Part shown: in pieces, positions 1 to 8,850 of the stretch
How the letters are laid out: each line of letters begins with the position of its first letter
How positions within the stretch are numbered: position 1 is the stretch's first letter
From: a virus
DNA length: 40,357 bases
Reading direction: 5' to 3' (one strand)
IMG/VR virus record: IMGVR_UViG_3300045988_095878
Span: 1 to 40,357 of that record
Program-made: the position numbers and the translations under genes
Notes under the pieces: generated by a model
What the model saw: only the letters and a program-made list of their open reading frames with translations
The model's database searches: none
What the model was told of the DNA's origin: nothing

Positions 1-99
1 CGGAAAACCACTGCTTGTCCAGCTCCGGCTCGATGTCGCTCAGAAACCGGTTGGCGGCTCTTCTGCCCTGCGTGGCGTAGAGGTAGTTGTATACGCCGA
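1..99. repeat. Terminal direct repeat identical to 40259..40357; signature of a circular or circularly permuted genome assembly
   Basis: Both window ends read cggaaaaccactgcttgtccagctccggctcgatgtcgctcagaaaccggttggcggctcttctgccctgcgtggcgtagaggtagttgtatacgccga. A minus-strand ORF runs through the junction in frame. Confidence 0.9.
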
Positions 100-601
100 C
101 CTCGTCGCTCGTCATGAAGGCGTACTTGCCGTAGTCGCCCCCGCGTCCTTGCGCCTGCGCCAGATCCGCCTGTGACCGGAAATTCGCAATGTTGTTGATG
201 TAATCGTATTTCTCGTCGCCGAAAAACTGCCGCTTGCTGCCGGCGCTTTTGGAAAGCTCGGAATAGTCTCCCGCTTTCATATAATCGGCGTATTTCCCGG
301 AGTACAGCGTCGGCGTGCGGTCGTCCGCTTTATTGAAGATGGTTTTGAGAACCGAGGTCGAGCCGCGGGCAGCGTTCCCGCTCTGCTGCCTCAGCTGCGC
401 CGCCGCGTCGGCATAGAGCGACGGCGGCGTCCGGCTTTGCTGAATGCGCTTGGCGAGCGATGGCTCGTCCGAAGAAGCGACTGCATTTTCGGTCATCCCT
501 GTTTTTCCGTAAATGTGTTTTGCAAGCGACGGCTCGCCCGAGGAGGCAGCCGTATTTCCGGTTGCCCCCTGCTTTCCGTAAATTCGTTCTGTCAGGCTCA
601 T
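1..601 (-). CDS. N-terminal ~200 codons of the giant polyvalent-type virion protein; continues at 40258 downwards once the 99-bp overlap is removed
   Basis: ATG at 601..599 follows RBS-like ggaaagggagaaaca. The frame stays open to base 1 (MSLTERIYGKQGATGNTAASSGEPSLAK...SDIEPELDKQWFS). 40258+601-40241=618 is divisible by 3, so it is in frame with track ORF 32574..40241. It is missing from the track because it runs off the window. Confidence 0.8.
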   Translation of the reverse strand, partial: MSLTERIYGKQGATGNTAASSGEPSLAKHIYGKTGMTENAVASSDEPSLAKRIQQSRTPPSLYADAAAQLRQQSGNAARGSTSVLKTIFNKADDRTPTLYSGKYADYMKAGDYSELSKSAGSKRQFFGDEKYDYINNIANFRSQADLAQAQGRGGDYGKYAFMTSDEVGVYNYLYATQGRRAANRFLSDIEPELDKQWFS

Positions 602-623
602 TGTTTCTCCCTTTCCGGCGGTG

Positions 624-1913
624 TTACTTGTTGTTTTTCAGCGCCTTCATTGCGTCATCCAGACCACTGCTTATCGTCGCTCGCTTGATTGCTTCCGCTT
701 GGTCTTTCGTGATGTTTCCTTCGGAAGTCTCTGCATCAATTGCGTTTGCAATGTCCTTGTACGGCGTCCCGCCTCGGCGCAAATTGATCGCTTCAGACAG
801 CATATTACGTCCGTTTTTCTTTGTGTCCTTGCTTCCGCCGTAGTAATACCCGCTGTACGACGGCGCCGCCGGCGCGGAGACGTAGCCGAGCGTCCGTGCA
901 AGGGACGGGTTCGCCGCGATCCACGCCTTTTTCATCTTCGCGATCTCGTCCTCCGTGTAGCCGAGATCGAGATAGCCGGAGAAGTCGCCGTACTGTGCCA
1001 TGTTCTCCGCCCGCTGCGCCTTATCCTGCTGCTGCTGTGCAAGGAGGTTCGCAAGGTTGGCATAGAGATTCTGCTGCGCCTGCGCGTTCGCCTGGTCCCT
1101 CGCGGCGTTCGCCTGATACTCGGCGTCCGCGCCCCGCTCCCGCAGCTTCGCAATGGCGGCGAGCCGCGCCGCCTCGTTCTCGTTGAGCCGCTCGCCGTAG
1201 GCGGTGTCCAGTCCCAGCCGGGCGGACTCGCTCATGCCGCCGGAGTACCCCCGCGCCGCCATCTCCTGCGGCAGAGTGCGCAGGCTCTCCATGTAGTCGC
1301 GGTAGAGCTGCTTGTTGAGATTCCCGTACTGCGTCCCCAGCTCCCCGACGCCCTGCTCCACCTGCCCGAGCGCCCGCTCGGCGGCGGCCTTCGCCGCGTC
1401 GTTGTTCGCCTTCACGGCGTCGTCGTACATCTTCTGGTACTGGTCGCGGAGCTCGTCGAGGTACGTCCGCTTCGGCTCTGCGGGCGTCTCCTCCGTCGTC
1501 CCGTCCGTCGTGCCTTTCTTGGCGTTCCCGTCCTCATCGACATACGTCACCTTCGGCTGCGTCTGCTCCCGGCGCAGACGCTCGATGTAGTCCCAGTCCC
1601 AGCCGTTTGCCGGATTCGCCGGCGTCGCCGGCGTCTCCGACGCCGCGGGCGGTTTGGCGTTTTCCCACGCTTCCTCTGCCGCCGCCGACAGTCCCGGCGG
1701 CTCCTTTCCCGGAAGCAGCAGCCCGAATCCGTCACGATAATACCCCGGCGGCGTATAATTTTTGTTCCGTATCGCTTCGGTATACTCCTTGCTGTATCCG
1801 CCCTTGTTTGTGTTGCTCGGCGTCTGGTTCGCGTTGGATCTCGGAGAGGTGTAATCCGTTTTGTTTACTCCGACGTTCGCGGCGGAATACACCGGCTCAT
1901 ACGTTTTAGCCAT
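624..1913 (-). CDS. Hypothetical virion-associated protein (429 aa) with an Ala/Gln-rich coiled-coil centre
   Basis: ATG at 1913 follows gagaggagaacagaaaa. The gene is tightly packed between the portal/Zn-ribbon ORFs and the giant gene. I recognised no catalytic motif. Confidence 0.6.
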   Translation of the reverse strand: MAKTYEPVYSAANVGVNKTDYTSPRSNANQTPSNTNKGGYSKEYTEAIRNKNYTPPGYYRDGFGLLLPGKEPPGLSAAAEEAWENAKPPAASETPATPANPANGWDWDYIERLRREQTQPKVTYVDEDGNAKKGTTDGTTEETPAEPKRTYLDELRDQYQKMYDDAVKANNDAAKAAAERALGQVEQGVGELGTQYGNLNKQLYRDYMESLRTLPQEMAARGYSGGMSESARLGLDTAYGERLNENEAARLAAIAKLRERGADAEYQANAARDQANAQAQQNLYANLANLLAQQQQDKAQRAENMAQYGDFSGYLDLGYTEDEIAKMKKAWIAANPSLARTLGYVSAPAAPSYSGYYYGGSKDTKKNGRNMLSEAINLRRGGTPYKDIANAIDAETSEGNITKDQAEAIKRATISSGLDDAMKALKNNK

Positions 1914-2016
1914 TTTTCTGTTCTCCTCTCGGATAGTTGATGCACTTCGGGTTTCGGCAGACCCATTTTGTCGCGTTCGTCTTGGTCATTTCAATGCCGC
2001 ATTTTGGGCACTTCAT
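1906..2016 (-). CDS. 36-aa zinc-ribbon microprotein (MKCPKCGIEMTKTNATKWVCRNPKCINYPRGEQKNG)
   Basis: Hand translation. It has CxxC...CxxxxC spacing. Its ATG overlaps the portal stop (ATGA) and its stop overlaps the next gene start (AATGGCTAA). It is below the ORF-track length cut-off. Confidence 0.5.
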   Translation of the reverse strand: MKCPKCGIEMTKTNATKWVCRNPKCINYPRGEQKNG

Positions 2017-3887
2017 ACCGGCGCACCCCCCAGCATCGGGAGACTCTGCGCCCCCGGTATCGCTCCCTCAAGGCTCGCCGCGTCAATACCCCCCTGTGAA
2101 AGGCTCCCTTGTGTAAAGGGAGCTGTCGCCGCAGGCGACTGAGGGATTGCAGTCTCCGGCACCCCGAATTTCCGCTTCCATTCATCAATGATCTCCTGCT
2201 TGCCCGGCAGGTCGATAAGATCGAGCTGCGCTGCGTAGAGCTTCCAGTTGTCCGCCGTGATCTGGCTCTGCGTGAGCGCCTGCAGTGCGCTCAGCGTCTG
2301 CGCCTTGCCGTGGGCAATGCTGTCTCCCGCCGTGATCGTCACGTCCACCCGGGGGAAATACTCCCATTCGTCGCGCACAATGTTTCCTGCCATGTCCATC
2401 ACCGCCGGCATGACCGCCGTGAAGCTGTCGGCGTTGAACGGCATAGCCTGCGCCTCGCGGTCCTTCAGCTTGTCCGCGCCGATGTACAGCATCCGGTCGT
2501 CGTCGAAGAACTCCAGCGCCGACCAGTCCAGCAGCTCGTAGAGCCGTTCAAACCCGGCGGCGCGGTCCGCGCTCTTGATGCTCGACTGCTCCTGCGCGTC
2601 CTGCCGCAGCAGGGCAATGCCCGTCGCCGTCGTGACGCGGGTCGTCTCCTTGCCGGTGTTGGTGTCGTAGTTGCGGCTCGTGCGCTCGATCTGATTTTTG
2701 AAGAACTCAATCCCCATCGCCCCGTTGGCAATGCTCTGCAAGCCGCCGAGCCGTTGCACGCCGCCCATGCGCCCCTGCTTGAGGTGTACTACCGTTCCCG
2801 GCTCGTTCGTCAGCTCCTCGCCGTCGGCGAGCGCTCCGTCCTCTACAAGCAGGATGTCGTTCGCAAGGAACGTGTCGTTCAGAATGCTCATTGCGAGCTT
2901 CCGGTCCGCGGCGTCCACGAGATCGAGAATCGCGGCAAGCTCGCTCTTGTTCCAGAAGCGGTTTTCGTCCTGAATGCGCCAGTAATGCACGAACGGGAAG
3001 AGCCTGTTCTGCTTGCACGTCCTCTTCCAGTAGTTGGGGATGTACTTCAGCTCACGTCCGCCCGCCTGCACCGAGCAGGCGACCGCCCCGGCGGGGACCG
3101 TCTCGCCGTCTATGACCGTCTCGACCGGCTGGCGGAACCAGTGTTCGAGAATCTGCACCGTGTCGTCCACGTCGTCAATCGCCGTCGTTAAATCAAAAAG
3201 TCCCGTGCGGGAGACGTAGTCCGAGCTGAGAATGTCCTCCGCGGTCAGCCCCTGCTTTTCCAGCTCCCGCTTGTAGAGCTGGCAGAATTTAACTTTGTGG
3301 ATTGTGTATACGTAGTCCACAAACTGCCCGTCCTGCAGTGTGCCGTCCCGGATGGACGGATCCGGGAAAATGGATTCCGTCGGCACATCCTTGATCCGGA
3401 TGTCGCCCTCGTTCACGCCGCAGCGCATATCCTTATCCCAGTACGCCTTCCAGAAGGCGTCGCCGAGCTTCAGCAGCCGCCGCTCGTTGCGCGTGTTCAT
3501 GTCGGACAGGCGGTTGTTCTCCGCGATATACCGCACGGCAAACTCGCGCCGCTTCGCCATCGTGCTGTCGAGATCGTCGTCGCGCCCGCGGAACTCTGGC
3601 TCCGGCACGTTCGGCTCGATCTGACTCTCGACAAGGATGTACGGGTCCGGCATGTTTGCCGGCAGCCACGGAATGTCGTTGTCGCGGCAGTATTCGATCA
3701 TGTCCCGCGTCGCGTCATGGATGCCGTTGTAGTAGTCGTTGTACCGCTCCCACTCGGTTTCTACGGCGGTACGCGCCGCCTTTGCCCGGCGGAACAGCGC
3801 GTCCGCCGTCGTCTCCCGCATCTCCTGTGTGGAATAGTCGTACCCGACGATAATATTATCGTCGGGCTTTTTCTTTCGTTTTTTCAT
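2013..3887 (-). CDS. Portal protein (624 aa)
   Basis: Size, position in the structural operon and N-terminal portal-like text (WERYNDYYNGIH, PDPYILVESQIEP, RRLLKLGDAFWKAYWD). It is the only portal-sized candidate. The C-terminal tail carries an in-frame copy of the two-hairpin repeat. Confidence 0.65.
   Translation of the reverse strand: MKKRKKKPDDNIIVGYDYSTQEMRETTADALFRRAKAARTAVETEWERYNDYYNGIHDATRDMIEYCRDNDIPWLPANMPDPYILVESQIEPNVPEPEFRGRDDDLDSTMAKRREFAVRYIAENNRLSDMNTRNERRLLKLGDAFWKAYWDKDMRCGVNEGDIRIKDVPTESIFPDPSIRDGTLQDGQFVDYVYTIHKVKFCQLYKRELEKQGLTAEDILSSDYVSRTGLFDLTTAIDDVDDTVQILEHWFRQPVETVIDGETVPAGAVACSVQAGGRELKYIPNYWKRTCKQNRLFPFVHYWRIQDENRFWNKSELAAILDLVDAADRKLAMSILNDTFLANDILLVEDGALADGEELTNEPGTVVHLKQGRMGGVQRLGGLQSIANGAMGIEFFKNQIERTSRNYDTNTGKETTRVTTATGIALLRQDAQEQSSIKSADRAAGFERLYELLDWSALEFFDDDRMLYIGADKLKDREAQAMPFNADSFTAVMPAVMDMAGNIVRDEWEYFPRVDVTITAGDSIAHGKAQTLSALQALTQSQITADNWKLYAAQLDLIDLPGKQEIIDEWKRKFGVPETAIPQSPAATAPFTQGSLSQGGIDAASLEGAIPGAQSLPMLGGAPV
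2101..2149 (-). repeat. Two-hairpin repeat element, copy 1 (inside the portal 3' end)
   Basis: aggctcccttgtgtaaagggagctgtcgccgcaggcgactgagggattg. Hairpin ctccctt/aagggag plus hairpin gtcgcc/ggcgac, followed by the conserved tail ctgagggattg. Confidence 0.8.
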
Positions 3888-3888
3888 G

Positions 3889-4626
3889 TCATACCCCCAG
3901 AATCCGGTTTACCTCGCTCTGCACGAGATCGTAGAACCACGTACCGAGCTTCTGTTTTCTCTCTTCGCCGTTGCCCCATTGGGCATTGATGACCTCCCGC
4001 GCCATCGCCGTGACGTTCACCGTCCTGTCCTCCGGTGCGGGCGATTCCGGCAGCGGCTCGCCGTCAAAGTAGCTCAGCGGCACATACATCACGTCGAGAT
4101 CGAGCGGAGCGCCCCGGTACTGGTGCAGAATGCACCGGTCGCGGAGATCGGGATAGTTTTCCCCGTCGTTCGCGCCCCACGCCGCGATCCACTTGTCGAA
4201 CCCCGTCTCGCCGATGTGGCTTTCAAACCAGCTCAGGCTGGCGTATACGCCCGTGCGGATGCCCGCGCTTTGCAGCTCGCCGCAGAACGCTTTGCACATC
4301 GCCGTGATTGTCTCGTCCGTCGGAAAGCCGTTTTTCGCCTTGTAGCCGTCCGCGTCCTCCATGTCGAACCAGACGCCGAGCCGGGGCTTTCTGCCGTTCA
4401 GGAACTTGAGACACGCCGCCGCTTCCTCCCGCGCCTGCTCCTCGTTGAGAGCGTAGGAATACCAGTACAGCCCCCACGGGATGGAGAGCGCGTCGCACTT
4501 GGCGATATTCCGCTCCGCCCACGGGTCCACGCTCGTCCAGAACCCCCCGCGAACGATGACAAAGCCGTTCTGATACGGCGCAAGGTTGATGTCGCCCTGC
4601 CATTGGGAAATGTCGATGCCGTTCAT
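3889..4626 (-). CDS. Endolysin: GH25 muramidase with a C-terminal Cpl-7 (CW_7)-type cell-wall-binding repeat
   Basis: The N-terminus MNGIDISQWQGDINL is a classic glycoside hydrolase family 25 start. The C-terminus AREVINAQWGNGEERKQKLGTWFYDLVQSEVNRIL matches the CW_7 repeat pattern. Confidence 0.9.
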   Translation of the reverse strand: MNGIDISQWQGDINLAPYQNGFVIVRGGFWTSVDPWAERNIAKCDALSIPWGLYWYSYALNEEQAREEAAACLKFLNGRKPRLGVWFDMEDADGYKAKNGFPTDETITAMCKAFCGELQSAGIRTGVYASLSWFESHIGETGFDKWIAAWGANDGENYPDLRDRCILHQYRGAPLDLDVMYVPLSYFDGEPLPESPAPEDRTVNVTAMAREVINAQWGNGEERKQKLGTWFYDLVQSEVNRILGV

Positions 4627-5235
4627 TTATCCTGCCTCCCTGTTTCCGAGATACCATTCCTTGATAACTGCACTGTCGTGGGCATTCTGATAGTCGAAGA
4701 TCCGCAGCGTCGGTTTGTTGGACGCGCTGTACGTGAACGTGAGGGACGCCGTAGCGTTCTTGGCGAGGTTAATATCCTTGCTGCCGTATTCCATTCGGCT
4801 GTAGGAGGATACCCGCGTCACGTTCCCGCACGCCACGGAGAGCTTTGTATCCTGCGAGCAGTCAATATCGCTCTTGGCATAGCTCCAGTTTTCGCCGCTG
4901 GTGGACAGCGTAAAGGACGTAGCGCCATACGAGATGCCGCCCGTGCCGGAATGCGTGATGGTGGCGCCGAGAACGCCGTACCAGTAGATGAAACGCTCGG
5001 GGCGCAGACGTGCCGTTGTGTCATCGCTGCACGGTTTGGAGAGCGTCATGCCGGAAAGACCGGCGCTGAACTGGTACACGCCCTTTTTCACCATGGCAAA
5101 GCCGACGCCGCTGTCGTCCAGCGTGACCGTGCCGGTCTCCGCACCCGTGTAGGTGATAACCTCGCCTTTGCCGCCGTAGAGCGTGAGCGTGATCTTTCCG
5201 CCGCCTCCGGCACCGCAGTTTGTTCTTCCGATCAT
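4627..5235 (-). CDS. Hypothetical tail-associated protein (202 aa), Gly/Ser/Thr-rich and beta-rich
   Basis: RBS ggaggtgagagc precedes the ATG. The gene lies between the fibre gene and the endolysin. No motif was recognised. Confidence 0.5.
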   Translation of the reverse strand: MIGRTNCGAGGGGKITLTLYGGKGEVITYTGAETGTVTLDDSGVGFAMVKKGVYQFSAGLSGMTLSKPCSDDTTARLRPERFIYWYGVLGATITHSGTGGISYGATSFTLSTSGENWSYAKSDIDCSQDTKLSVACGNVTRVSSYSRMEYGSKDINLAKNATASLTFTYSASNKPTLRIFDYQNAHDSAVIKEWYLGNREAG

Positions 5236-5239
5236 GCTC

Positions 5240-6100
5240 TCACCTCCAAAGAAGAATCGTCGGGATCGTCACGGCGGCGGACGGAATCTCGGCGGCGTAG
5301 ATATACACGCCCCCGGCATAGCTCTCCGCCACGGGAGCGAACGTCCCGCTCATGGCGTCCGTCACGCCGAACACGACCTCCGGCGTCATCGCTTCCGCCG
5401 CGCCCGTAAGAGGCACGGCGGCGCGGTACGGAAAGTCCCCGTAGGTCTCGTCCGCGGTGAACGACGCCGCTTCCACGGTCGTATTCGTGAACGTCAGCTT
5501 CACCGCGTCGGCGGCGAGCTTCTGCGCCGTGACCGCACCCGGGGAAATATGCGTCGAAAGCACAGCGAGCGCCGCGAGCTTTTCCGCCGTGACCGCCGCC
5601 GCGGCGAGCTTTTCCGTTTCGACGCTGCCCGCGCCGAGCTTATCCGCGCCCAGCACCGGAACGTGCGCCGCATCCAGCACGGGGAGACGCGAAAGCTCCA
5701 GCGTGCCGGATACCACGTCCGCGGCGGCGTGCGTATGCTCCGCCGCCGCGCCGCCGAGGGCGACGGCCGTCACCTCCGCAGCGAGCTTGGCAAGCGTGAT
5801 GCTCCCGTCCGATACGCTGCCCTGCGTCACGTCCTGCATCGCCTGTGCAAGCTGCTCGAGCGCCGTTTGGATGTCGGACGCCGAAAAGCCGGGGATCGTC
5901 GCAACGCCGAGCTGCGCGGCGCACCCGCTGCCGGTCAGCTCGTCGAGCAGCGCGTTGAATTTCTCCCGGACGACCGCCGTGACGAGCGCGTCGAACACCT
6001 TCTTGTTCTGCGCCGCCGTTCCGGTCAGCTTATCCGCCTGACTCTGCACGCCGTTTGCCGCAATGGCTTCCTGCGTAATCTTCTGTTCCTGTATGCTCAT
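5240..6100 (-). CDS. Tail fibre / receptor-binding protein (286 aa)
   Basis: Reiterated fibre-type motifs (ITLAKLAAEVTA, VETEKLAAAAVTAEKLAALAV, VTAQKLAADAVKL). It sits downstream of the nozzle-like gene. Confidence 0.6.
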   Translation of the reverse strand: MSIQEQKITQEAIAANGVQSQADKLTGTAAQNKKVFDALVTAVVREKFNALLDELTGSGCAAQLGVATIPGFSASDIQTALEQLAQAMQDVTQGSVSDGSITLAKLAAEVTAVALGGAAAEHTHAAADVVSGTLELSRLPVLDAAHVPVLGADKLGAGSVETEKLAAAAVTAEKLAALAVLSTHISPGAVTAQKLAADAVKLTFTNTTVEAASFTADETYGDFPYRAAVPLTGAAEAMTPEVVFGVTDAMSGTFAPVAESYAGGVYIYAAEIPSAAVTIPTILLWR

Positions 6101-6104
6101 TTCT

Positions 6105-7964
6105 TCACCTCTTTGCGTAATTGCCCGTTACATAGTGCTTTGTGATCTGGAAAATGCCGAAGCCCTCGTTCGGCTCGCTGTTGCGCACGATGATCTGCAA
6201 CCGCTTATAATTCTTCACCTTGCGGTTGACGAAGATCTCCTGCGGACTTTCGTCCGTGCTGAACGTGATGCGCTCAAAGTCGATGTCCGAAAAGTCGAGA
6301 ATGTCCATCGGCTTCCCGGCGACGCGCTTTTCGTGTCCGCCGGTGCGGTCGGCGCGGATGAACACCTCCGCGCTCGAGCGCGTGTACGGCTTGATCGTCA
6401 CGCAGCAGCCGCGCTTTAAGAGCGTTTTCAGCACCGCCGGGGTGCCGTCGTCGTCGTACTTTGTCGCCCACACGGCGGAGATCGCCGCGCCGTCGTCGCT
6501 GTAGCGGCTCATGTCCTCTTTATCCGTGTTGAACTTGCAGATCCGCCCGTCCGCCGTGCCGAAATAAAGTTCCTCCGTATCGCCCGCTCGCCGGTTTAGC
6601 CAGCAGGAGGCAGGGATGTTCTCGAAATAGTATCCCTCATACACATAGTCGCCGAGCGCCGCGCTCCGGTAGGTCTTGTTCTGCCGCCCGTCCAGCGCGT
6701 AGACGTGACCGTTCGGAAAGGCGATCATGTACATTCCGTTCCAGATCACCGCCTCCGCCTGTGCGCGGCTCTCCTCGTCGTTGAGGAGGTTGTTCACATA
6801 GAAGCTGCGCCCCTGCGTGATCTTCTCGCTCGTGTAGGAGTTCGTGGCGACCGCCATTACGCCCGTGCGCGATAGAAACAGCGGATCGTCCAGCAATGAG
6901 GCAAAGCTCCCCGGCGCGATGGACCCGACACCCGCGACCGCCTGCTGCTGCGGCTGGGCGATCTCGCTGTCCTGCAATTCTGCGGTACGGAGATAGATCG
7001 TGCTGTCCTGCCCGTTGTCCTCCTTCACGATGCCGAGCGAGCGCCCGAGACGGCAGTACCCCTGTATCGCCGTCGCCTCGCTCCCGACCTCGTTGTAGAG
7101 GAGGTCAGGAAAATACGTCGGATCGTTCAGCCCGCTCGTCCAGTCCACATTCGGCAGCTCCGGATTCCCGCTCAGCACCGCCCGGTCGTTCGTTCCTATG
7201 CCGTAGGTCGTGATGACCGTGCATTTGTCGATACGCTCGGTGTAGCCCTCTACCGTGTGCGGAAACTGCACCACAAGCCCGTCCTCAGACCCGGCAAGCG
7301 GCTTTTCCGGCGCGGTCGCCATCTTCACAATGCCTTTCTCCCGGTCGAGCGTGAACGCCGTCGTTTCCTCGCCGAACACCCAGACCTTCACCGTCCCGCT
7401 CGCGTCGATGTCGCCGTCCAGCTGGAAGTCCGTCGCCGTGCCGTCGGTCTGAAAGGCGTTTTTTCGGTACGGCGTGAGCATATTCACATTCTCGTAGCTT
7501 TTCCCGCCGCCCGTCGGCATCCGGGTAATGACCGTTGTCGGGATGTAGGCGCTCTCCGACGCTCTGTGCGCCGCTGTGCCGTCGTAGACGTAGAATCCCG
7601 CTCCCGTGACGATCCACAGCTTACCCGCGAGATAAACCGCCCGGGAGCGCCGTTCCGGCAGCCCTGCGAGGATTTCCGCCGGCGCCGTCTCGTCGTCCCA
7701 TGCGTAGAGCTTCGTCCCGATGTGCGCGAGCTTCTTCTCCGTGCCGTTGAATTTCCCGGCGAACAGCCCGTAAACCGGCTTGTCCTTCCGCCATAGCGTG
7801 CGCCAGCCGGTCCGCTTCTGCGGCATCCCGCCGCCGTCCGCCACGATGTTTGTACACAGCGGGCTGCGGGAATAATCCACCAGCGACGGGTCTGTGGAAA
7901 AGTCCGCGCCCCGGAACGTCTTGTAGATTCTCTGCTGGATGCTTACTCCTGTTTTCTTCGCCAC
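6105..7964 (-). CDS. Large tail protein (619 aa), possibly nozzle / tail tubular B-like
   Basis: GTG start follows ggaggtgagaac. It comes directly after the adaptor-like gene, as in T7-type gp11-gp12 order. The function is inferred from synteny only. Confidence 0.45.
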   Translation of the reverse strand: MAKKTGVSIQQRIYKTFRGADFSTDPSLVDYSRSPLCTNIVADGGGMPQKRTGWRTLWRKDKPVYGLFAGKFNGTEKKLAHIGTKLYAWDDETAPAEILAGLPERRSRAVYLAGKLWIVTGAGFYVYDGTAAHRASESAYIPTTVITRMPTGGGKSYENVNMLTPYRKNAFQTDGTATDFQLDGDIDASGTVKVWVFGEETTAFTLDREKGIVKMATAPEKPLAGSEDGLVVQFPHTVEGYTERIDKCTVITTYGIGTNDRAVLSGNPELPNVDWTSGLNDPTYFPDLLYNEVGSEATAIQGYCRLGRSLGIVKEDNGQDSTIYLRTAELQDSEIAQPQQQAVAGVGSIAPGSFASLLDDPLFLSRTGVMAVATNSYTSEKITQGRSFYVNNLLNDEESRAQAEAVIWNGMYMIAFPNGHVYALDGRQNKTYRSAALGDYVYEGYYFENIPASCWLNRRAGDTEELYFGTADGRICKFNTDKEDMSRYSDDGAAISAVWATKYDDDGTPAVLKTLLKRGCCVTIKPYTRSSAEVFIRADRTGGHEKRVAGKPMDILDFSDIDFERITFSTDESPQEIFVNRKVKNYKRLQIIVRNSEPNEGFGIFQITKHYVTGNYAKR

Positions 7965-7968
7965 GTTC

Positions 7969-8520
7969 TCACCTCCACAGGCTCTGCGTCACGCGCCGGT
8001 TCTCGCCCGGCTGCGTCGTTTTGAGGAGGGAAACCTGGTAGTTGTACATCTGCAGCATTGAGCCGTAGTCCATTATGAGGTCGGGCAGGAGCTGCTGCGC
8101 CGCCACGTAGTACGGCATACATTCGCAGGCGTCCGGCTCGATCTCAAATTTGTAGCTGTCCGGCGCATCCGTCGGGATCGTCTGCGGCATGGCGAAATAT
8201 TCGACCGTCACCTCCGCGTATCCCTCCGGAATGACGAGCTTCCCGCCCATCCATCGGAAGCGCCGTGTCGCATTCTTCCCGTCCGCCCATATCCGGTACA
8301 GCGAGTAGAAATTCTCCGGCATGGCGTAGACGGTTTTTCCCAACGTTGGGACAATGACCTCCTCCCGGAGGATCTTCTTGATCTGCGCGAGCGTCTTCTG
8401 CGCCATGTCGAAAAACGCCGTCATTTTCTTTTCGATGTCCTCGTCATGCTCGATCTCGCCGCCCGCGCTGTGCTCGTCGAGGAGCATATATACCTTGTTT
8501 TTCGCTTCTTCCAGTGTCAT
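7969..8520 (-). CDS. Head-tail adaptor/connector-like protein (183 aa)
   Basis: RBS aaggagg precedes the ATG. The call rests on its size and its position between the head/lysis genes and the large tail protein. Confidence 0.45.
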   Translation of the reverse strand: MTLEEAKNKVYMLLDEHSAGGEIEHDEDIEKKMTAFFDMAQKTLAQIKKILREEVIVPTLGKTVYAMPENFYSLYRIWADGKNATRRFRWMGGKLVIPEGYAEVTVEYFAMPQTIPTDAPDSYKFEIEPDACECMPYYVAAQQLLPDLIMDYGSMLQMYNYQVSLLKTTQPGENRRVTQSLWR

Positions 8521-8532
8521 GTTGTTTCCTCC

Positions 8533-8584
8533 TTACTTACCGAAAACAGGGCGAGTCTCCCCGCCCTGTTCCCTTGGTAAGTAA
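8533..8584 (-). terminator. Compound nested hairpin between the holin and adaptor genes
   Basis: Outer arms are ttacttacc (8533-8541) and ggtaagtaa (8576-8584). Inner arms are aacagggcg (8545-8553) and cgccctgtt (8562-8570). T residues follow on the minus strand. Confidence 0.5.
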
Positions 8585-8586
8585 TA

Positions 8587-8850
8587 TCAGTTTTCGCTCA
8601 GCTGCTTGACGAGCTGATCCACGCCCGTTGCGGCAAGTCCGGATACAATGCCTACGGCTACCGCCGTGATGTAGTCCGTTGCCGGATAATCCGGCATGAT
8701 CTTCATGGCAAGCGCTCCGAGAGCGCCGCCGACGATCCCGACAATGCACGGGATCCATTTGTTGTCCATCGCCGTGTTCTTCACGACCAGCCCCACGATG
8801 TAGGCAATGACCGTGATAGCGGCTACCGATGCAATTCCGAGAATTTCCAT
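8587..8850 (-). CDS. Holin (87 aa, three predicted TM segments)
   Basis: MEILGIASVAAITVIAYIVGLVV...IPCIVGIVGGALGALAM...ITAVAVGIVSGLAATGVDQLVKQLSEN resembles Firmicutes phage holins. Confidence 0.8.
   Translation of the reverse strand: MEILGIASVAAITVIAYIVGLVVKNTAMDNKWIPCIVGIVGGALGALAMKIMPDYPATDYITAVAVGIVSGLAATGVDQLVKQLSEN

Noticed and set aside
1-99. The 99-bp terminal repeat as a true direct terminal repeat marking the physical genome ends
   Set aside because: It falls in the middle of a continuous ORF that reads in frame across the junction, so an assembly overlap of a circular contig is more likely. It cannot be fully excluded without read-end data.
5240-6100. A diversity-generating retroelement targeting the fibre gene
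   Set aside because: There is no reverse transcriptase ORF anywhere in the genome, and I found no template/variable repeat pair. The internal repeats are ordinary fibre heptad-like motifs.
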